A DNA stretch of 37,041 bases from a virus. The stretch lies in the IMG/VR virus record IMGVR_UViG_3300020046_009041. One strand, given 5' to 3'. The translations under genes and the position numbers were made by a program. This document shows, one piece after another, positions 31,352 through 37,041 of this stretch; positions within the stretch are counted from its first letter, which is position 1, and every line of letters starts with the position of its first letter. The notes under the pieces were generated by a model that saw nothing but the letters and a program-made list of their open reading frames with translations, did no database searches and was not told the DNA's origin.

Positions 31352-31556
31352 GTATTATAGGTATTATAATTGTGAGCCGCAAGTTCTCAGTCAGGTTTGT
31401 GTATGTTGCAAAAAGGAAAAGAACCGTGGCGAATTCCATGTTTCGAGTAGCTGTCGCAATGGTATTCACAAAACCTGCAAGGAATGTGTTAAGATTCGCA
31501 AGGCTAAATCTTCGACTTTGGCCTCGCAGGTAGACACTTCCTTAAAAACGCCTTAA
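31332..31556 (+). CDS. Small Cys-rich zinc-finger-like protein (74 aa from MAGRRSR; track ORF starts at 31284)
   Basis: CVCCKKEKNRGEFHVSSSCRNGIHKTCKECVKIR (CxxC...CxxC); 3' end overlaps the convergent VRR-NUC gene by 53 nt. Confidence 0.5.
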   Translation: MAGRRSRYYRYYNCEPQVLSQVCVCCKKEKNRGEFHVSSSCRNGIHKTCKECVKIRKAKSSTLASQVDTSLKTP

Positions 31557-31923
31557 GTCCATCGTGGTTATTAGATAACTTAAAAGACATAGATAGATTG
31601 TATGTATCAACAAATGAATCAAGGCTGTCAGAAACTATAGCAATACCATCTCTTTCAATTATTGATTCCAGGAAATCAAACTGCTCAGGCTTAACCGTCG
31701 ATCTCCTGCCTTTTGCCTTGACCTCTACGGCTATGAACTGCCCCCAGTTGTTGCACATTATGAGATCAGACACTCCCTTAGTGGTCTTGCTTGCAACAAA
31801 TCTTTTAGCTCCAGGAACAAAGACCCCTTTGGAGTCTACCGTAAAAACTACAAGCCCTTTTAGCCTGGCATATTGTTCTATTTGATCCTGAATTTTCTTT
31901 TCCGGTTTTTTTCTTTTTAACAT
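31504..31923 (-). CDS. VRR-NUC family nuclease (139 aa)
   Basis: GVSDLIMCNNWGQFIAVEVKAKGRRSTVKPEQFDFLESI fits the D...E-x-K...Q pattern of VRR-NUC. Confidence 0.7.
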   Translation of the reverse strand: MLKRKKPEKKIQDQIEQYARLKGLVVFTVDSKGVFVPGAKRFVASKTTKGVSDLIMCNNWGQFIAVEVKAKGRRSTVKPEQFDFLESIIERDGIAIVSDSLDSFVDTYNLSMSFKLSNNHDGLKAFLRKCLPARPKSKI

Positions 31924-31929
31924 ACCATC

Positions 31930-31959
31930 TGATTATGCCACATAAACGTAAGCCGCCAA
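31930..31959 (-). promoter_or_regulatory. Candidate promoter TTGGCG-N18-TAATCA, 6 nt before the SD-less VRR-NUC ATG
   Basis: Minus strand: TTGGCG (31959-31954), TAATCA (31935-31930), gatggt, ATG (31923). Confidence 0.4.
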
Positions 31960-32195
31960 AACCTGATTCTATTTACACTTATAAATGCGCCAATGGTTCA
32001 CTGCTTCTAGATCGTGTAAGGCATAACATAGATTACTATGTGGAATTAGTTAGCTGCCCTGAAACACCTTATGTTTTTAAAAGAAGGGTTAAGAATTGTT
32101 TAACTTATCTTAAGAAGGAAGGTGACTTGCGGGCTTTATCAATTCCAGAGCAAAAATTGAAAGTCCATCGGCAATCCTTCTTGCCAGTAAGCTAA
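31935..32195 (+). CDS. Possible small basic protein (86 aa)
   Basis: Fills the 186-nt gap between the amidase and VRR-NUC genes, where the minus strand is closed. It has no SD and overlaps the amidase 3' end by 86 nt. Confidence 0.3.
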   Translation: MPHKRKPPKPDSIYTYKCANGSLLLDRVRHNIDYYVELVSCPETPYVFKRRVKNCLTYLKKEGDLRALSIPEQKLKVHRQSFLPVS

Positions 32196-32682
32196 TAGTC
32201 TCATCCTTCTTTAACCAAGCCTCTTGATCACTGTTTGTTATAAACTCACACTCCACTAATGCAGATGGAATCTTAACACCGTGTAGAACGTAAATCTTTT
32301 TAGGATAATCATGGCTAGGACTTAACTTTACGCCCCTATTTGTGTGAGTCGCATCAATAAGCTTAGTAATTAGAATTTTTGCTAACTTCAAACTAGATGG
32401 ATTAACGTCCGAGTAAACAACTTCCATGCCTTGAGCGTTGGAAGTGCTGCCGTTGCAATGGATGCTCACCATTAGGTCACATCCCCTGGCTGTTACGCAT
32501 CTATCATGCAATGAAACAAACTCATCTCTTTTTCTGGTCATGACAACTATGCAGCCAAGCTCTCTTTCTAGAATAGCTTTAAGCTGCAAGGATATTTCAA
32601 GAACTACGTCTTTTTCTTTAAGCCCAGTTGGTCCTACGGCCCCGGGATCTTGCCCGTGCCCAGGATCAATGCAGATTTTCAC
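32110..32682 (-). CDS. N-acetylmuramoyl-L-alanine amidase (Amidase_3) endolysin
   Basis: MKICIDPGHGQDPGAVGPTGLKEKDVVLEISL...VMTRKRDEFVSLHDR...VSIHCNGS...GMEVVYS. Confidence 0.85.
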   Translation of the reverse strand: MKICIDPGHGQDPGAVGPTGLKEKDVVLEISLQLKAILERELGCIVVMTRKRDEFVSLHDRCVTARGCDLMVSIHCNGSTSNAQGMEVVYSDVNPSSLKLAKILITKLIDATHTNRGVKLSPSHDYPKKIYVLHGVKIPSALVECEFITNSDQEAWLKKDETISLLARRIADGLSIFALELIKPASHLPS

Positions 32683-32894
32683 TGGAAGAACTCTTCCGAG
32701 GCTTTTTTTTTGAGATCTAATTCAGCTTGAGCAGCCTTGTATTTTTCCACAAGTTCCTTTTCAGCCTTCTCCCTGACTGAAATCTCTCTTTCAAGTCTCT
32801 CTTTTTCTTGCTGAGCGTCCTTTGCCTTTTTAACAAAATACATCACCAACAAACTAAGAATGCTGCCAACTATGGTTAAGATAGATCCAATCAC
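32679..32894 (-). CDS. N-terminally anchored coiled-coil protein (71 aa), i-spanin-like
   Basis: TM segment MIGSILTIVGSILSLLVMYFV, then charged helix; ATGA-coupled on both sides within the lysis block. Confidence 0.55.
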   Translation of the reverse strand: MIGSILTIVGSILSLLVMYFVKKAKDAQQEKERLEREISVREKAEKELVEKYKAAQAELDLKKKASEEFFQ

Positions 32895-33436
32895 TTTGAT
32901 TTAACCTCAACCGCAGATCTTCCTGCAGTAGAATAGGTAAGCTCTTGCCCCTTGTATTTTCTCTTCCATGCTGCGTAAGGACTGTCCAATGGTAACACGC
33001 TGTATCCCGACTTTAATGAAAGGACTCTTACAATACCGAAGGCTTTTATGTCTATAGGATTGCCGCCTGCCTCGCCGCTAGCTTTGGCTAGAAACTGTAT
33101 CTCACAATGATACTGCTCTGGCCATCTCTCGTGCGGTACAAGCTCTTTTAGGGGCACTGTGATCTTATCTCCGCTGTCTCCAAAGGAGCCAACAGACTCA
33201 AGTCCTTCGCATCCTAGGATTCTATATTCTCCCGGTACCTTTGGAAGGAATACATCGAAGGTCTCTTTTATGGGTGTTCCTGAATTGGTTCTAATGAATG
33301 CGTAACCAGAGTTAATCTCTTCCGAAACGCCCAGTATGACGGAAAGATCCCCCGCCTCTGCTGCTGGCATTGATGGATCTATTTTAACGCTACATGATGC
33401 CAATAGCACCAACAAGAGAGGCAAGAGTTTTGACAT
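32891..33436 (-). CDS. Lipoprotein (181 aa)
   Basis: Signal plus lipobox MSKLLPLLLVLLASC; located in the lysis block. Confidence 0.7.
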   Translation of the reverse strand: MSKLLPLLLVLLASCSVKIDPSMPAAEAGDLSVILGVSEEINSGYAFIRTNSGTPIKETFDVFLPKVPGEYRILGCEGLESVGSFGDSGDKITVPLKELVPHERWPEQYHCEIQFLAKASGEAGGNPIDIKAFGIVRVLSLKSGYSVLPLDSPYAAWKRKYKGQELTYSTAGRSAVEVKSK

Positions 33437-33449
33437 TAGTAATGACTCC

Positions 33450-33686
33450 CTAGCTGATGCTGATTGGCTTTTTGGTAATTAAACGAAGGACAATATTTAG
33501 TCCAGTAAAAGCAATAGCTACTAATTCAGGATTGTCTTGAATTAGTTTTACTGCAGGCGGAAACACAATTGCCGCAATAGCTAGGATCAAATTCAAAATT
33601 ACCGTTTTAGATTCCCAAGGTTTCTTGTTTTCCATAATTCCCCATTTCTGTACCATCGGTACTGTTGAGATAATTGTCCACCCCAA
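33450..33686 (-). CDS. Holin candidate with two TM segments (probable real start MENKK at 33635, 61 aa)
   Basis: VILNLILAIAAIVFPP and LVAIAFTGLNIVLRLI hydrophobic segments; GGGGA before the internal ATG. Confidence 0.6.
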   Translation of the reverse strand: MGWTIISTVPMVQKWGIMENKKPWESKTVILNLILAIAAIVFPPAVKLIQDNPELVAIAFTGLNIVLRLITKKPISIS

Positions 33687-33813
33687 GCTTAGTTTGCGCT
33701 AGTTTTTTTCTCTTCTTCTCTAACGCATCAGTTATAGCGTCGCGCTGCTTCTGCGGATCATACGAGTCTTTTAGTATGCCCTTACCGGTGTAAATTGATT
33801 GTACTTCGTTCAT
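33607..33813 (-). CDS. Small hydrophilic protein (68 aa)
   Basis: ATG overlaps the TGA of the 520-aa ORF (ATGA). Confidence 0.5.
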   Translation of the reverse strand: MNEVQSIYTGKGILKDSYDPQKQRDAITDALEKKRKKLAQTKLGVDNYLNSTDGTEMGNYGKQETLGI

Positions 33814-35372
33814 TGCCCGATAGCCTTTGGCCCCAATAATCCAGAACCGACTTGCGATGCTTTCTTAATTGCTGGAGCAGCTTTATCCATAAGAAGTCCA
33901 CCTTGCATAAGAGCGGGGTTTGAGTATTTTCTAGCCCCTTTATTTAGAAGACCGGCGCCAAGTCCAAGAGCTCCAAGTTTAAATTTTTCTTCTAAATCTT
34001 TTCCAGCCATCACCCCAGTGGCAGCGCCACCAAGACCCATTGCATAGTCGGTAGGAGAAAAGAACCTATTACCAATTTCAGATTTCATTCGATTTGAAAC
34101 AATGTCATTTGCACGAGCAGCCATTTGAAATGCTTTTCTTGCTTCTTTAATATCAGATGCTTTACCAACTCCTGCTTTTTCAAGACCATCTAAAATTCCA
34201 TCAAGCTTTGATTGAAGAGTAGATCTAATTGTTCTGTAAGCAGCCTCTTTCTCGGACGAGACAGGGGATCTCCCCCAATTAATCATCTCATTGTCAAAGT
34301 ACTTAATTTCTTTTTGAAGTTCTTCTGGGTTGAAAAATTTCTTTCTAGAAAATCTTGTAGCAAATTCTTCCGCAATCTTTGCGGCCTCATCTCCACCAGA
34401 TGTTAATCCTTGAAACTTTTGTCCAACTTTATCCATAACTTCCAAGCCAATTTCCTGGCCTGAAGGTTTAATATCAGCCGGAATACTTTCGGATGCGGAA
34501 GTAGCGTTCTTGTATATCTCGCCGATCTTTTTGCCAGCCTTATCTTTAAACTCTTGAACCTTAGAGTAGATATCATCAAAGGTGTCCCCTGCTTTAATAA
34601 GCTTACTTTCAGCAAGGTCATTACCAAACTGTTGAACCTTTTCGAAGTCTCCGGATATTCCGGGCTGTTTCATCAGTTTATTTAGATCACTCTTGGATAT
34701 ACCCATAGCCTTAAGAGCTTTCTGTCCGGCATAATCTAATCCTGACTTACCAACTCCTAATGCTGTTTTCCCAACTTTAACAACGCCTTCTCCGGCGCCT
34801 TGCAGGAGGCCGCCGGTTATAGCGCCTGTTTTTGCTTGTCTAACTCTTTCTCCTAATTGAAGCGGAGACACTTCACCCTCCACTTCGCCAGGATTACTTA
34901 CCAATCCACCAGCTCCACCAATAGCTCCAGCTCTAGCTATACGAGCAAGCATTCCACCCTCGGATGCTAATCCACCAGTGGCAACAGCTTGTGGGATAAT
35001 AGCCGCAAGCTTTGATCCGGTAGAAATATATGGGTGCTCTTGTTCTTCTTTGTTTAACATTTTTCTATAATCATCACGCTTCTGAACGTACGTGCTTTTA
35101 TCTTCAGGCATTTCTATTCCGTTAATTAATCCGGTAATCTTTTTAGCAACTGGATCAACCACGGTATCAAGACCAGCATAAACCTCAGGCAAATACCCTT
35201 TTGCTCCACCAAGGTTTGTTAATCCTTCAGTAAATTGATGTCCTGCTGTTAGCAAATCCTCACCTAGAGAAGACGGTTTTTCTGCGGGTTTATCTGGAGC
35301 AGAAAATTTATTCCAAGGACCCTGTTCCTCTTGTGGTTGAGTCTTTTGAAACTTATCCCATGGGCCTGGCAT
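33810..35372 (-). CDS. Large Ala/Gly/Lys-rich virion-internal-like protein (520 aa)
   Basis: N-terminal duplicated PGPWDKF / QGPWNKF; many GxxxG-like Gly/Ala stretches; no enzymatic motif seen. Confidence 0.65.
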   Translation of the reverse strand: MPGPWDKFQKTQPQEEQGPWNKFSAPDKPAEKPSSLGEDLLTAGHQFTEGLTNLGGAKGYLPEVYAGLDTVVDPVAKKITGLINGIEMPEDKSTYVQKRDDYRKMLNKEEQEHPYISTGSKLAAIIPQAVATGGLASEGGMLARIARAGAIGGAGGLVSNPGEVEGEVSPLQLGERVRQAKTGAITGGLLQGAGEGVVKVGKTALGVGKSGLDYAGQKALKAMGISKSDLNKLMKQPGISGDFEKVQQFGNDLAESKLIKAGDTFDDIYSKVQEFKDKAGKKIGEIYKNATSASESIPADIKPSGQEIGLEVMDKVGQKFQGLTSGGDEAAKIAEEFATRFSRKKFFNPEELQKEIKYFDNEMINWGRSPVSSEKEAAYRTIRSTLQSKLDGILDGLEKAGVGKASDIKEARKAFQMAARANDIVSNRMKSEIGNRFFSPTDYAMGLGGAATGVMAGKDLEEKFKLGALGLGAGLLNKGARKYSNPALMQGGLLMDKAAPAIKKASQVGSGLLGPKAIGQ

Positions 35373-36361
35373 TATTTCTTCCTCCAGTTACTTTTAACTG
35401 CTGGGTCTCCACCCATAAAAGTGTATCCTTCAATAACTTGTCCAGCTTTTGGCATAGTATCAGCTTGAACTGGAGCAGTTAATAGACCAGCGTTAAGGTT
35501 TTCCTTATTTGCTCCAGGATTCACGACTTCTGGATTTATACCAGTTGTTCTTATGTCTCTAACATTATAGCCAGCTTGCCCTGCTGTTTCTAGCGTTGCC
35601 TGCTGTCTTTGAGCTATAAGTCTTTGAAGAGAATTAATTTTAGCTTCCGCTATTTCTGGTCTGTCATTAATCTGAGGAAGCATTCTTTTGTATTTAGGAA
35701 TATCCCCTTCCGCAAGTTTTCCACCCTCAAGATATGTTCCGATAATTTGAGCTCTTTGATCTAATTGAGCTTCTATTTGACTAGATGGAACTCCACCTTC
35801 CATTCCTAGAAATGACTGTATAGATCCTTTTCGACCAGCTATAGGGCCGAATAACCCCTTATTTGAATTGACTAATGATCTAACATCTTCAAGAGCCTTT
35901 GTTGCTGAATTAGCTTGACCAGCCGACTGTACTTCTGTTGCTGGAAGAGTCTTTCCTAATTTGTCTTCTGCTAATTTTGCCTTGGACTCAGCATACAGCT
36001 TACCAATCTCAGCTTGTTTCTTTTTAAGATCTAAATCTCTTGATTGCTTTCCATATTCATTAATAATTGGATTACCAGACTCGTCTATTTCCATATTATC
36101 TTTTAATAGACCGGCTCTCTTAATTGCCTTGTCATACTTCTGTTCTTCAAGCTTCTCTGGTCTATATGAAACAGCACCAGTGGTAGGGTCATACTGAACA
36201 CCACCAGAAAACTCGGACATAGCTAGTTGTCGTTTTTTTAATGCATCCTCTTCTGCTTTTCTCTTCTTTTCATCTTGATATGATCTTTCTGTTCGATAAG
36301 AGTCCATACCAGAGTTAACCCCAGATGCTAATGCTCCCAATAATCCTGCGTAATCTGCCAT
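35372..36361 (-). CDS. Virion-internal-like protein (329 aa)
   Basis: Long charged/Q-rich ORF; start shares a base with the next gene's stop. Confidence 0.65.
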   Translation of the reverse strand: MADYAGLLGALASGVNSGMDSYRTERSYQDEKKRKAEEDALKKRQLAMSEFSGGVQYDPTTGAVSYRPEKLEEQKYDKAIKRAGLLKDNMEIDESGNPIINEYGKQSRDLDLKKKQAEIGKLYAESKAKLAEDKLGKTLPATEVQSAGQANSATKALEDVRSLVNSNKGLFGPIAGRKGSIQSFLGMEGGVPSSQIEAQLDQRAQIIGTYLEGGKLAEGDIPKYKRMLPQINDRPEIAEAKINSLQRLIAQRQQATLETAGQAGYNVRDIRTTGINPEVVNPGANKENLNAGLLTAPVQADTMPKAGQVIEGYTFMGGDPAVKSNWRKK

Positions 36362-36369
36362 ATTATCCC

Positions 36370-37041
36370 CTAACCGTATTGTCTGCCGTAATTGTAAGAA
36401 GCTTGCTGTTGAGTCCCTTGAGTGGGCGCTTTATTTAAACTCTGATTGCCATATTGTGGAGTGGAATAGGATGGACCAGATGCTGGTTTAGCGGCAGATG
36501 CACCAATTATATTTCCTCCAGCTCCGAGTAGACCCTTAACTAAAGCTTGCCTTGCTTGTTGTTGGGCCGCTACAGCTTGAGCTCTCCTCATAGCATTTTC
36601 CATCTGCATGTTTTGAGATGCCGTAATAACACCAGCGCTTTGACCTAATCTATTAGCTCTCTGTTGAGTGGCTGCTAGCCTCTGAGCCTCAAAAGACTTA
36701 GATAAATCTGAATTTGAGATTCTTCTAGTTCTGTTTGATAAAGCTTCACTAAATCCACCAGGAAGAGATCCACCAAGCTGAGACTGAGATGCTTCTAATG
36801 CTTTTGGTAAATCGCCAATTATTCCTTGCTGTATTTCAGGAACGCCTTCTCTTGCTTGCTTCAACAAATCTTCTTCAGATAATTGAGAGTCCTTGTACAA
36901 GGCATCCTCTAAAGCTTTTTCTTCCGGAGATAATTCAACGATTCTTCTTCCAGGCATTGATCCGGCCAGTTTATCCCCAGCTTTCTTGGTTAAAGCCTGC
37001 GCGCCAACAAGATTTAACCCTATAACTGGGTTTAGTGCGAT
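36370..37041 (-). CDS. Ala/Gln/Gly-rich virion protein. The ORF stays open to the window edge; the true start is probably 157 after circularisation (about 235 aa)
   Basis: The track ORF starts at 36957 (no SD), but the frame is open upstream through the terminal repeat. Confidence 0.7.
   Translation of the reverse strand: MALNPVIGLNLVGAQALTKKAGDKLAGSMPGRRIVELSPEEKALEDALYKDSQLSEEDLLKQAREGVPEIQQGIIGDLPKALEASQSQLGGSLPGGFSEALSNRTRRISNSDLSKSFEAQRLAATQQRANRLGQSAGVITASQNMQMENAMRRAQAVAAQQQARQALVKGLLGAGGNIIGASAAKPASGPSYSTPQYGNQSLNKAPTQGTQQQASYNYGRQYG
36921..37041. repeat. Terminal direct repeat, copy 2 (identical to 1..121)
   Basis: Same 121-nt string as the window start; unique genome length is therefore 36,920 bp. 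Confidence 0.95.

Noticed and set aside
31275-31469. 64-aa minus-strand ORF opposite the two rightward small genes
   Set aside because: It has no SD or promoter context. The dyad promoter geometry and the CxxC...CxxC motif support the plus-strand reading instead.
1-37041. Temperate, prophage, DGR or defence-island features (integrase, repressor switch, att sites, reverse transcriptase with TR/VR pair, toxin-antitoxin)
   Set aside because: No integrase-, recombinase- or RT-like ORF is seen in any frame, and no long near-identical A-variable repeat pair. The only repeats are the terminal overlap, the hexamer arrays, a 15-nt tandem repeat and the paralogous genes.

Overview
The window is a complete phage genome. 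Its first 121 bases are identical to its last 121, so the unique sequence is about 36,920 bp and the contig closes into a circle. It is visibly AT-rich and tightly packed, and many neighbouring genes have overlapping stop and start codons (ATGA or TAATG).

No tape-measure-sized, sheath, integrase, repressor, DNA polymerase, RNA polymerase, tRNA or CRISPR feature is visible. It therefore looks like a lytic, short-tailed (podovirus-like) dsDNA phage. The lysis genes (Amidase_3 endolysin, lipoprotein, spanin-like protein) suggest a Gram-negative host.

Layout:
- One long minus-strand late unit runs from terS (23125) down to position 157, then through the circular junction to 31504. In order it holds terS, a split terL, portal, scaffold, capsid, fibre and tail genes, a glycosyltransferase, adaptor and nozzle-like genes, Ala/Gly/Gln-rich virion proteins, a lysis cassette and a VRR-NUC nuclease.
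- A minus-strand early unit runs 31059->26847.
- A plus-strand recombination unit (24882->~26865) includes a Rad52-type annealase.
- A minus-strand pair of replication-like genes lies at 24811->23275.

Most notable observations:
1. The large terminase is encoded as separate ATPase and nuclease genes 4.3 kb apart. A six-gene cassette sits between them: three paralogous poly-glycine proteins, an FkbM methyltransferase and two small ORFs.
2. Two early ORFs are built almost entirely from restricted hexanucleotide vocabularies. One encodes a basic (SR/SG/SW/LG)n protein, the other an acidic G-(Y/D/N) dipeptide protein.
3. Two 30-bp dyad modules each form overlapping divergent promoters. More generally, genes lacking a Shine-Dalgarno (SD) site have their ATG 6-9 nt after a TAATCA-like -10 box, which suggests leaderless mRNAs.
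4. A GT2-TPR-GT4 fusion glycosyltransferase sits inside the virion module.
5. A duplicated small gene flanks a permuted-papain (YiiX-like) hydrolase.

All functional calls come from motifs read by eye and from gene order. No searches were run.
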